64,000 nucleotides of DNA from Beijerinckiaceae bacterium (GTDB lineage Bacteria > Pseudomonadota > Alphaproteobacteria > Rhizobiales > Beijerinckiaceae). How positions within the stretch are numbered: position 1 is the first letter of the stretch; every line of letters begins with the position of its first letter. The position numbers and the translations under genes were made by a program. The stretch spans positions 177 to 64,176 of the forward strand of contig JAPJMW010000109.1 in NCBI GenBank assembly GCA_026461505.1. Direction: 5' to 3'. The notes beneath the pieces are model-generated. The model was not told the DNA's origin and did no database searches. It was given only the letters and a program-made list of their open reading frames with translations. Of the stretch, positions 37,745 through 46,358 are shown one piece after another.

Positions 37745-39027
37745 TGGCAACGGAGATCATTCTTCCACGGGTGGATATGGCCATGGAGAGCGGCTCTGTA
37801 GCACGCTGGGCCGTTAAAAACGGCGATGCGGTGAAGACCGGTGATCTCGTTTTTGAAATGAACACCGACAAATCGGTAATGGAAGTTGAGGCCACGGCAT
37901 CGGGTACGATTGCGGGAATAGCCGTCGACGAAGGCGTGGAAATGCCCGTCGGTGCCGTATTGGCCTATATTTTAGCGGCGGGTGAGACTGATTTAACATC
38001 AAAAATCGCAGCGCCTGCACCAAGCTTGCCAACGCCTGACAAGGCCCCTGAACAAACGGATTCCACCAGTAATCACAGTGCGGTCGAACACGCTGTCGCT
38101 TCATCGGCGGATGACGAGAATCAATTACGGGCCACCCCTCTTGCTCGGCAGTTGGCGCGTGAAGCAGGCATTAAAATTGCGACCGTTCAGGGAACAGGTC
38201 CGCTTTCGCGGATTGAGGCAGGTGATGTAAAGCGCGAACTTTCGGTTATGGAAAGTTCCAAAGGCGATGCAGGTCAAAGCCGTATAAAAATGCGTCGTTG
38301 GTTGACAGAAACCAAGCGGCGCGGCGCGATTATGCTGGTCCATGGATTTGGTAGCAATGGTGCAACGTGGGAAGCGCTAAGCGGAGCACTCGCACGGAAC
38401 GGTTTTGATGTCTATGCGCCTGATCTTGCAGGCCATGGCGACACGGCGATTAATGCTGATAATTTTGATGCAGTCGTTTCATCCCTTGAGAATGCATTTA
38501 CACTTGTAGGCTATGATCGCTTCCATCTCGTTGGTCATTCGATGGGTGCTGCAGCTGTGGTATTGGCGGCAAGTCGAAACCGGCAGCGGATAACGCGTTT
38601 AACTCTTTTAGCTCCCTTTGGTGTCGGCCCCGAGATTGATAGTGAGTTTATAGCAGGCATCGCGCACGCCAATAAGCCAGGCGCAATTGCCGAGCTACTT
38701 CAATTGCTGACGGTTCGTTCGGTCCCTTATTCGTCGAAGCAATTACTGGCCATAACAAAAGAACTTGGTCGAGGTCGCCTCACCACTCTCGCCTCACAGC
38801 TAGTTAACGATGGCAAGCAGGCGATAGATATTCGAACTGAATTAGCCAATTTGCCCGGCCCCGTTGATGTCGTTTTTGGCATCGGCGATAAGATTATCCC
38901 TTGGTACCATGCAGCCAATTTACCCCATCGTGTTGCTGCAAGGTTCGTCGCCGATGCAGGGCATATGCTACATGTTGACGAATTGCCGGTGCTAACCGAT
39001 TTACTCGCTAAACACCTCGCCGATTAA
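37744..39027 (+). CDS. acoC: AcoC-type E2: lipoyl domain, E3-binding domain and alpha/beta-hydrolase domain
   Basis: Lipoyl-lysine context ..FEMNTDKSVMEVEA.., subunit-binding ..ATPLARQLAREAGIKIATVQGTGP.., then ..LVHGFGSN.. and ..GHSMGAA.. Confidence 0.85.
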   Translation: MATEIILPRVDMAMESGSVARWAVKNGDAVKTGDLVFEMNTDKSVMEVEATASGTIAGIAVDEGVEMPVGAVLAYILAAGETDLTSKIAAPAPSLPTPDKAPEQTDSTSNHSAVEHAVASSADDENQLRATPLARQLAREAGIKIATVQGTGPLSRIEAGDVKRELSVMESSKGDAGQSRIKMRRWLTETKRRGAIMLVHGFGSNGATWEALSGALARNGFDVYAPDLAGHGDTAINADNFDAVVSSLENAFTLVGYDRFHLVGHSMGAAAVVLAASRNRQRITRLTLLAPFGVGPEIDSEFIAGIAHANKPGAIAELLQLLTVRSVPYSSKQLLAITKELGRGRLTTLASQLVNDGKQAIDIRTELANLPGPVDVVFGIGDKIIPWYHAANLPHRVAARFVADAGHMLHVDELPVLTDLLAKHLAD

Positions 39028-39093
39028 GCTTCATCGGTCAATCAATTAAACGCGCGGTTACAGCCATTTTCTGATTTGTCCCCGTGCCAATTT

Positions 39094-40614
39094 CTAAATC
39101 GAATGTGCGAGTTCGGATGCGATAAAATCTTCAAGTTTCTGCACTTGGTCTTTCGTTAATCGTAAGCCCAATTTGCTTCGCCGCCACAGGACATCGTGGG
39201 CGGTGATCACCCACTCATGCGTGATCAAATATAGAACTTCAGCTTCCGAAAGCGTGTCGCCAAAAAAGGTACCGAGATCGCTCTCGCTTTCGGCCTTACC
39301 GAGGATGAAGTCAGTGCGTGTTCCATACGCGCGCACTAAACGACTAATGAGGGCTTTGCGAATCTTAGGATGTTTTTGGCTAAGGGCTTCCACCAACCCA
39401 CTGAATCCGTTTCGATCGAAATCGCCGCCGGGCAATAATTTCTTACCCGTCCAGCCCCGCTGATTTTCACTATTGCCCGGCAAATAGGAACCAAGTTTTT
39501 CAAGGGCAGCTTCGGCTAGCCGTCGATAGGTGGTTATTTTTCCGCCGAAGATGGAGAGAAGAGCTGCCTCACCTTCCGGTGCATCGAGCTTGAGAACATA
39601 ATCACGCGTGGCCTCCTGTGCTTTTGAAGCGCCGTCATCATAAAGTGGCCTTACGCCGGAATAGGTCCAGATTATGTCGGAAGTCTGGATAGGCTTTTCA
39701 AAATACTCACTCGCTGCCGCGCAAAGATAAGAAATTTCCTCGTCGCTGGCTTTCACCAAAGCGGGGTCACCTTTGTAATCGCAATCCGTCGTGCCAATCA
39801 AAGTAAAATCCTGCTCGTAGGGAATCGCAAAAATGATACGTCCATCGCTGTTTTGAAAAATATAGCAACGGTCATGCTCATAGAGGCGCGGGACAACGAT
39901 GTGCGACCCCTGAACCATCCGAATTTTGGCTAGCGTTTTGGACCTCACTTTTGTAGCCAAAACATCAGCCACCCAAGGGCCAGATGCATTCACCAATGAT
40001 TTTGCATGCAATGACTTTTTTTTACCCGTCCTCTGATTCAAAATCGATAGGTTCCACACCCCCTTCTCTCGACGGGCCGACACTAGTTTATGGCGCGTTT
40101 CAATGAGGGCACCGTGGTCACGCGCATCCATCGCGTTGAGCACAACCAATCGGGAATCTTCTACCCAACAGTCCGAATATTCGAAGCCAATTTTAGAATC
40201 AGTTTTTAACGGTTTACCCGCGGCATCAATTTTGAGATTTAACGTGCGCGTCGCAGGAAGTAATTTGCGGCCACCGAGATGGTCATAGATAAAGAGGCCG
40301 AGACGAAGAATCCAGGCGGGCCGTAATCCTTGGTGATAGGGCAATACAAATCTGAGCGGCCAAATGATATGCGGTGCAATTCCCCATAAGATTTCGCGCT
40401 CAATCAACGCCTCGCGCACCAGCCGAAATTCGTAATGCTCGAGATACCGAAGTCCACCATGAATGAGTTTGGTTGACCAGGACGAAGTACCCGAGGCGAG
40501 GTCGTCTTGTTCACAGAGATAAACACTCAAATTTCGTCCCGCCGCATCGCGTGCAATACCAGTGCCATTGATGCCGCCGCCGATAATTGCGACATCAAAA
40601 ACTTGCTCCGTCAT
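39094..40614 (-). CDS. glpD: FAD-dependent aerobic sn-glycerol-3-phosphate dehydrogenase
   Basis: ..FDVAIIGGGINGTGIARDAAGR.., ..SSWSTKLIHGGLRYLEHYEFRLVREAL.ERE.. closely parallels canonical GlpD. 506 aa. Confidence 0.9.
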   Translation of the reverse strand: MTEQVFDVAIIGGGINGTGIARDAAGRNLSVYLCEQDDLASGTSSWSTKLIHGGLRYLEHYEFRLVREALIEREILWGIAPHIIWPLRFVLPYHQGLRPAWILRLGLFIYDHLGGRKLLPATRTLNLKIDAAGKPLKTDSKIGFEYSDCWVEDSRLVVLNAMDARDHGALIETRHKLVSARREKGVWNLSILNQRTGKKKSLHAKSLVNASGPWVADVLATKVRSKTLAKIRMVQGSHIVVPRLYEHDRCYIFQNSDGRIIFAIPYEQDFTLIGTTDCDYKGDPALVKASDEEISYLCAAASEYFEKPIQTSDIIWTYSGVRPLYDDGASKAQEATRDYVLKLDAPEGEAALLSIFGGKITTYRRLAEAALEKLGSYLPGNSENQRGWTGKKLLPGGDFDRNGFSGLVEALSQKHPKIRKALISRLVRAYGTRTDFILGKAESESDLGTFFGDTLSEAEVLYLITHEWVITAHDVLWRRSKLGLRLTKDQVQKLEDFIASELAHSI

Positions 40615-40831
40615 GGTAACCTCCGCAGCGCAAAATAAACACTAAAATTTTATGCCAAATTTTCTTCTCCAAAGAAAGATTATATGTCAATAAAATATTG
40701 GAAAATAATTAAAAATATAGGTCGCGGCGATATTTTGGGGTTGATAAATTTCATGATTCGGTAAACAATAATTTTAGTCAGTTCTCGGCTGTTGTTTTCG
40801 CATGGCCGACGGGAAATGAGAACGAAGCAAA

Positions 40832-42907
40832 ATGACCATGAATGACACTATATCTGTCGTGTCCCGGTGGGACGATACGTACGCTAATTCGCTCGATGAA
40901 ACTGGCCAGCTGCTCTATCGTTCCCACCTTCTGGGAGCTGATTTGCGCATTACAAATTTTGGTGGTGGTAACACGTCCGCCAAGACCGAAATGAGAGATC
41001 CGTTCAGCGATGTACCGGTGACCGTTTTATTGGTTAAAGGCTCGGGCGGTGACATGGGGTCGATGAAGCTTGATGGTTTTGCAACGCTTTATCAAGACAG
41101 GCTAGCGTCTCTCAAAGACCGCTATATATCGCTTGATCAGGAAGACGCGATGGCCCACGCATTGAACCATTGCATTTTCAATCTAAACCCGCGTGCGCCA
41201 TCCATTGACACCTGCCTGCATAGCTATGTTCCCCATGCGCATGTCGATCATGTTCATTCGGATTCTATTATCGCGATTGCTGCGAGTAAAGATGCGCAGA
41301 GTTTAACAAGAGAAATATTTGGTAATGAAATTGGTTTTCTACCTTGGCAAAGACCAGGGATCGATCTTGGAATTAAGCTCGGCCAATTGGCCAGTGAAAA
41401 CCCTTCCCTTGTTGGCGTTGTACTGGAAAGCCATGGGCTCTTCACTTGGGGGCCAAATGCCAAAGCTTGTTATGACACGACAATTCGTATCGTGAATAAG
41501 GCGTCGAACTGGCTGGATAATTCCGGCAAGAAGCTGGTTTTTGCTGGTGAGCTGGTTAGCGCTCTTCCTGTCGCCGAGCGGGCTAAAATAGCCAAGCGTT
41601 TAATGCTGGATATTCGTGCGCATATTTGCACTTCTGAGATGAAAATTGGCCATTTCTCGGATGCACCTGAGGTTCTTGAATTCGTCAATTCAAAGCAAAT
41701 GACAGCCTTGGCGGCAATAGGCACTTCCTGTCCCGATCATTTTTTAACAATAAAAATTAAACCCGTTATTATACCTAACAAAACGAAAGGAGTTGATTTA
41801 GAAGCTTTAATAGAAGGCTATCGGCAAGCTTACGCTGCGTATTATGAGCGGTGCCGTCAAGCAGGTTCGCCCGCGATGCGAGATCCCAATGCGGTGATTT
41901 ATCTCATTCCACAAGTGGGTATGCTGGCATTCGGAAAGAGCAAGGCAGCGGCGCGCATTGCCTCTGAATTCTATATCAATGCGATCAATGTGATGCGGGG
42001 AGCATCAAGCGTTTCAGAATACAAAGGATTGCCTGAGCAAGAAGCGTTTAACATTGAATATTGGCGCCTCGAAGAAGCCAAGTTGGCGCGCATGCCCAAG
42101 CCTAAATCGCTACAAGGTCGGGTTGCGTTGGTAACAGGCGCTGCTAATGGCATCGGTACAGCCATCGCTAAAAAATTATTGAGCCAAGGCGCTTGTGTCG
42201 CCCTTGCTGATATCGACGAAAAGGCTTTGGAAGAAACAACTGCACAATTTACAACAGACTATGGCAAGGATAATGTTTACGCCGTTAAAATTGATGTGAC
42301 GAGCGAAGGCGCCATCATTAAAGGTTTTGATGATACGGTACTCCATTTTGGCGGGCTCGATATCTTGGTTAACAATGCGGGCATTGCAATTCCTTCGCCA
42401 ATTGAAAACACGACGCTTGATGACTGGAACAAGCAGATGGCGATTTTAGGAACGGGATATTTTCTCGTTGGCCGCGAAGCGTTTCGTATCATGAAGCAAC
42501 AAAATCTGGGAGGCTCGATGATCTTCATCGCGTCAAAGAATGGCATGATCGCTTCGGCCGGAACGGGTGCTTATGGATCAATGAAAGCTGCCGAGATTCA
42601 TCTCGCCCGCTGCATGGCTCTTGAGGGCGCACCCTTTGGCATCCGCGTTAACACGGTAAATCCTGATGCGGTATTGCGGGGCTCAAAATTGATGTCGGAT
42701 GGGTACCGTGACAGCCGTGCGGAATCGCTTAAAATCAGGCCTGACCAATTGGAAGAGCATTATCGCAAGCGCTCTCTTCTGCAACGATCTGTGTTCTCCG
42801 AAGATATTGCAGAAGGTGTATATTTTTTCGCATCGGACGCATCGTTCAAGTCTACGGGTAATATTCTGAATGTAGACGCAGGCCATGTTGCTTCGTTTAC
42901 CCGATAG
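40832..42907 (+). CDS. Bifunctional class-II aldolase (rhamnulose-1-P-aldolase-like) / short-chain dehydrogenase
   Basis: 691 aa. The N-terminal aldolase/adducin-like half contains ..NFGGGNTS.. The C-terminal SDR half has ..VTGAANGIGTAIA.., ..NNAGI.. and a YGSMKAA catalytic motif. Confidence 0.85.
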   Translation: MTMNDTISVVSRWDDTYANSLDETGQLLYRSHLLGADLRITNFGGGNTSAKTEMRDPFSDVPVTVLLVKGSGGDMGSMKLDGFATLYQDRLASLKDRYISLDQEDAMAHALNHCIFNLNPRAPSIDTCLHSYVPHAHVDHVHSDSIIAIAASKDAQSLTREIFGNEIGFLPWQRPGIDLGIKLGQLASENPSLVGVVLESHGLFTWGPNAKACYDTTIRIVNKASNWLDNSGKKLVFAGELVSALPVAERAKIAKRLMLDIRAHICTSEMKIGHFSDAPEVLEFVNSKQMTALAAIGTSCPDHFLTIKIKPVIIPNKTKGVDLEALIEGYRQAYAAYYERCRQAGSPAMRDPNAVIYLIPQVGMLAFGKSKAAARIASEFYINAINVMRGASSVSEYKGLPEQEAFNIEYWRLEEAKLARMPKPKSLQGRVALVTGAANGIGTAIAKKLLSQGACVALADIDEKALEETTAQFTTDYGKDNVYAVKIDVTSEGAIIKGFDDTVLHFGGLDILVNNAGIAIPSPIENTTLDDWNKQMAILGTGYFLVGREAFRIMKQQNLGGSMIFIASKNGMIASAGTGAYGSMKAAEIHLARCMALEGAPFGIRVNTVNPDAVLRGSKLMSDGYRDSRAESLKIRPDQLEEHYRKRSLLQRSVFSEDIAEGVYFFASDASFKSTGNILNVDAGHVASFTR

Positions 42908-43075
42908 GGCTCGAGCATCTCCACCATCACCCGCATCACCGAGGGCTGCGTGAAAAACTCGCCGCCGTGCCGCCTCCCCAACCTTACCAAGCCGTCCCAA
43001 TAGACCTTGCTCATGTGATTGCGCATTGGTGGGCAATAAACTGTTTCATACAAATAGTGTTTGCGTGGGCCTTGG
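42907..43075 (-). pseudogene. Internal fragment of a type I restriction-modification methylase (HsdM / N6-adenine MTase)
   Basis: The minus strand reads ..GRRHGGEFFTQPSVMRVMVEMLEP.., matching the HsdM GEFYTPxxVxxLMVEMLEP block. The downstream AdoMet motif (DPxCGSGG) is absent because the frame runs into the aldolase/SDR stop codon. Confidence 0.5.
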
Positions 43076-43094
43076 CCGATTCTCACAAAGTGAT

Positions 43095-43116
43095 ATATTG
43101 TTATTTGAGACAATAT
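43095..43116. repeat. Inverted repeat upstream of the recombinase gene (possible recombinase or autoregulatory site)
   Basis: ATATTGT (43095-43101), an 8-nt spacer, then ACAATAT (43110-43116). It ends 20 nt before the recombinase ATG. Confidence 0.35.
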
Positions 43117-43135
43117 GCGCATGTGAGGAACAGCA

Positions 43136-43702
43136 ATGGTCAAGATTGGATATGCAAGAACTTCCACCAGTGAGCAGACCGCAGGGTTAGAGGCACAAAT
43201 CCGTGACCTGACCACCTATGGCTGCACCGAGATATTCCAAGAACAGGTATCATCAGTTCAGCGTCGGGATGAGTTAGAACGTGTGTTACGCTTTGTGCGG
43301 CGTGGTGATGTGTTGGTAGTGACCAAACTTGACCGTTTGGCTCGTTCCATCCCAGACCTTGTTAAAATCATTGAACGTTTGGAAGAGCGTGAAGCCACGC
43401 TTTGTATCTTGGATATGAACCTTGATACTGGCTCGCCAACTGGACGCTTATTGCTGAACCTTGTTGGTTCAATTGCCCAATTTGAGCGTGAGATTATGTT
43501 GCTACGGCAACGGGAAGGCATAAGTGCGGCTAAATTGGCTGGCAAATATCGTGGTCGCCAACCCACTGCTCGTGCCAAATCGCAACAGGTCTTGGAGTTA
43601 TATGGTCAAGGTCTGGGTGCAAGTGCCATTGCCCAGCAGTTGGGGATTAGCCGAGCCAGCACCTATAGGATCATAGGTAGGTCAGGTTCTGGTGCAAAAT
43701 AG
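43136..43702 (+). CDS. Small serine recombinase (resolvase/invertase family)
   Basis: N-terminus MVKIGYARTSTSEQ.. with the catalytic Ser, ..VVTKLDRLARS.., ..FEREIM..RQREGI.. and a C-terminal HTH ..GASAIAQQLGISRASTYRI.. GAGGAA SD. 188 aa and intact. Confidence 0.9.
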   Translation: MVKIGYARTSTSEQTAGLEAQIRDLTTYGCTEIFQEQVSSVQRRDELERVLRFVRRGDVLVVTKLDRLARSIPDLVKIIERLEEREATLCILDMNLDTGSPTGRLLLNLVGSIAQFEREIMLLRQREGISAAKLAGKYRGRQPTARAKSQQVLELYGQGLGASAIAQQLGISRASTYRIIGRSGSGAK

Positions 43703-43740
43703 TGTAACGAAATTACCATAATAGTAGTCTTTTCGTTACA
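43703..43740. repeat. 10-bp perfect inverted repeat immediately after the recombinase stop codon
   Basis: TGTAACGAAA (43703-43712), an 18-nt spacer, then TTTCGTTACA (43731-43740). There is no T-run, so it could be a terminator-like hairpin or a protein-binding site. Confidence 0.5.
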
Positions 43741-43818
43741 CGTGCCTGATCAGGTGTCATCTTCCATGGCAAAGCGTTTTGACACGCTACATGCGTTGTG
43801 AACGCACGGTATGGTGAT

Positions 43819-44024
43819 CCACATAGTTGGTAGGGCAGCGGGTGGGACAAATTCCAACTATTTGACCAAAGCAAGCGATCAGGTAAATTATTGCCATTAT
43901 TGGTTTGTTGATCGGGTCTTTGGTGGAATCTGGCGTGTCGGGTGCGCCAATCATTTCAATGGGTTAGTTGAAAAACAATCAAAGCTTTGAAAAGCCTAGC
44001 TACCACATAGCTACCAACTATTTG
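43819..44024. repeat. Two copies of a composite short motif downstream of the recombinase
   Basis: CCACATAG occurs at 43819 and 44003, and CCAACTATTTG at 43854 and 44014. In copy 2 the motifs are joined by CTA. In copy 1 they are 27 nt apart, and that spacer starts with TTGGTAG, the reverse complement of CTACCAA. Confidence 0.3.
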
Positions 44025-44574
44025 GAAATTAGCGACTAAACTTCTGGTTTGGCTGAAGGCATTTTCGGCCGGTTCTTTTATCCATCAGCTCTGCTATTGA
44101 GGGCGCCATCCGGATCGTCGCTGTCGCCCTCCTCGATTCCCTCTGATAAATCCACAAGAATGCCCGCATTGCCGCCAGTTCCCTTCAGCAACTCTAGAAG
44201 CGTCCTAATAAGTACCATTCGCTTGTGGATTCGATGGTCCTGCTTACGTACAGATTGCTTCGACCCAAGATAACATAGAAATCTTGCGCCTAATCGCAAA
44301 AGACGAGCACACCATTTTTGCCATTGGTGAAGCGAAAGTCCTCAGCGCCTAACAAATCCCGCAAGCACCCTTTTCCCGGCCCTTGCCCAATCGGTTCGGC
44401 CGGGTACGGCGATATTTTGGCCGAACCAATGCCACCATCTTTATAGTAATAGCGAGCTCTGCCGCAAAAGGCCTACGGCGGCAACCTTAAGCAAGTCCTC
44501 GCCTTCCTCGCGTTCGCGAAGTGCCTATTTTGCAACGCGCGAATCAAACGCTCCGTTGAGAAAAAGGGCATCCA

Positions 44575-45420
44575 TTACACTTCATATTCTTTTCGGATCT
44601 CGGCGCGGACCAACTGGACTGGCGCTACGGCTGAATCAATCATATCGGCTGATAGCGTATTGAACGCAAACATTCCGAAATGATGGGCCATCATAGCGGG
44701 GATGCCAGCTTCCTTACATAGCGTAATAGCCTCAGCGAGAAACAGATTGCCGGGAACACCCGTTTCCAAAAGTTCTTTTGAGCGTCCGTTGACCGGCAAC
44801 AACGCCAGATCAGGCTTAAAGGCTGCAATCTCGGTACTCTGCCCGTCAAACGGAACCGTGTCGCCTGAATGAAAAAGGGAACAGTCTTTGCTCTCTAAGA
44901 CATAGCCAAGAAATCGATGCTGCCCTTGCGCATCGGTCTCAAGCGTTTCATGGGACGCGCGCACGGCGTGAACGGTCAGCCCTTCGAGAGGCTTAATGCT
45001 CTGACCGGCAACCATTAGAATAAGACGCCGATCCTCTACGCCAATTTTCTCTCGCGCCAAATCAAGCGAAGCCGCCGGAACAACAAATTTCAGGTTTGGA
45101 TAACGGCGCGCCAAAGGGGCAAGCGTTGCGGAATCCATATGGTCCGTGTGGTGATGAGTGCATAGGACAAGATCGATCCGATCTAAAGCTTCAATCGTGA
45201 TCGGTGCCGGCATCATGCGTTCATAGGAGCGCGGACCGTCCTTGTATTTTTCGGCTAACGAATTTGACAGATACGGATCAATGATGATCCGGTATCCGGC
45301 CATTTCAATGATAAATCCGGCTTGCCCCAGCCAATAGATCCGACAGCCCGGCCTCACCTCACCGACGAGTTTTTCGGCCAAAGATTCTAAAAACGGAGTC
45401 GAGCGGAGGGGACGGGCCAT
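44575..45420 (-). CDS. MBL-fold metallohydrolase (UlaG-like lactonase/phosphodiesterase type)
   Basis: ..WLGQAGFIIE..IIIDPYLS.. and metal motif ..CTHHHTDHMD.. 281 aa. Confidence 0.8.
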   Translation of the reverse strand: MARPLRSTPFLESLAEKLVGEVRPGCRIYWLGQAGFIIEMAGYRIIIDPYLSNSLAEKYKDGPRSYERMMPAPITIEALDRIDLVLCTHHHTDHMDSATLAPLARRYPNLKFVVPAASLDLAREKIGVEDRRLILMVAGQSIKPLEGLTVHAVRASHETLETDAQGQHRFLGYVLESKDCSLFHSGDTVPFDGQSTEIAAFKPDLALLPVNGRSKELLETGVPGNLFLAEAITLCKEAGIPAMMAHHFGMFAFNTLSADMIDSAVAPVQLVRAEIRKEYEV

Positions 45421-45423
45421 GGC

Positions 45424-46350
45424 CTATTCCCGGTCCAAACATTCGATCATATTGTGCACAGCCATATCGGTAGCGCGCGCAACGCTCTCATCGGTAAAGC
45501 CGCCAATATGGCTTGTCGCGATCACATTCGGATGCGCGACGAGATCGAGCGTGACAGGCGGTTCGCTTTCAAACACGTCTGTTGCATAGACGGAAATTTT
45601 TCCGCTGATTACAGCGTCGAGAATAGCGCTTTCATCGATCAGCGACGCGCGCGCAGTATTGATCAGAACAGTTCCCACGCGCATGGCCGCGAGCTCAGCT
45701 GTCCCGATCAACGGCACGTCGGGCTTAGGGGGACAATGCAGGGAAATAAGCTCAGACTTTTCCAACAGTGTAGCCAGATCGACCTGTGCGATGCGGGCGT
45801 CACCCTGTGTAGTCAAATCGGCAAAGGGATCATATACGAATACATTGGCACCGAGCTCAACGCATAGACGGGCTACTTCGCGACCGATTGCGCCATAGCC
45901 AATAATTCCAACGCAACGGCTTTGAATTTCACGCCCGATTCGACGTGGCCATTGACCCGCTTTAATGCCAGCATCACAAAATGGAATATGTCGTAGGGCC
46001 GCAAACATCATCCCCAGCGCCAGTTCAGCGACGCCGCGTGCATTTGATCCGGCTGCTACACGAACAGCGATCTGTCGGCCCTCAAGATAAGGTATCGGCA
46101 AATTATCAATCCCGATGCCGTTACGGCTGATCACCCGCAGTTTATCCGCACAAGCGATGACCGCTTCAGAGATGGGCTCGACGCCCGCGATCCAGCCCGA
46201 AATACCGGGTACAAGACGCATCAACTCCGCCTCGCCGGGTAATTGGCCGGGCGTCGAATAGACGATATCAAAGCCGTCTTGCTTTAATTTTTCGACCGTC
46301 GGATGGGGTGTCGCCGTCAAAGAGCGCGGCGTAATGAGGATACGCTTCAC
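45424..46350 (-). CDS. D-isomer-specific 2-hydroxyacid dehydrogenase (PGDH-like)
   Basis: ..VGIIGYGAIGREVA.., ..LHCPP.., ..NTARASLIDE.. and ..HIGGFT.. GTG start. Confidence 0.85.
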   Translation of the reverse strand: MKRILITPRSLTATPHPTVEKLKQDGFDIVYSTPGQLPGEAELMRLVPGISGWIAGVEPISEAVIACADKLRVISRNGIGIDNLPIPYLEGRQIAVRVAAGSNARGVAELALGMMFAALRHIPFCDAGIKAGQWPRRIGREIQSRCVGIIGYGAIGREVARLCVELGANVFVYDPFADLTTQGDARIAQVDLATLLEKSELISLHCPPKPDVPLIGTAELAAMRVGTVLINTARASLIDESAILDAVISGKISVYATDVFESEPPVTLDLVAHPNVIATSHIGGFTDESVARATDMAVHNMIECLDRE

Positions 46351-46358
46351 AAGTGTTC

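Larger units (their letters stand above)
42908..44574. mobile_element. Decayed mobile or integrated-element remnant between two convergent housekeeping-type genes
   Basis: It contains an HsdM fragment, an intact serine recombinase with flanking inverted repeats, short repeat motifs, and about 870 bp without any ORF of 60 aa or more that resembles a protein. Confidence 0.5.

Noticed and set aside
18630-40614. Interpretation of the region as a Brucella/Sinorhizobium-type erythritol (ery) locus, given rpiB, a GlpD-like dehydrogenase, FGGY kinases and SorC regulators
   Set aside because: No EryC-type TIM-barrel isomerase or second triose-phosphate isomerase gene is present. The genes are scattered on both strands. 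The 506-aa flavoprotein tracks canonical GlpD closely at its N-terminus.
43811-43990. 59-codon plus-strand ORF (MVIHIVGRAAGG..) and a 55-codon minus-strand ORF with a hydrophobic stretch, both inside the island remnant
   Set aside because: No SD and no recognisable domain. They overlap each other and the repeat motifs, so they cannot be distinguished from chance ORFs.
43819-44024. Hin/Gin-style invertible promoter switch downstream of the serine recombinase
   Set aside because: The two motif copies are mainly in direct rather than inverted orientation. They do not resemble hix or gix sites, and no outward-facing gene needs a promoter here. Kept only as a low-confidence repeat feature.
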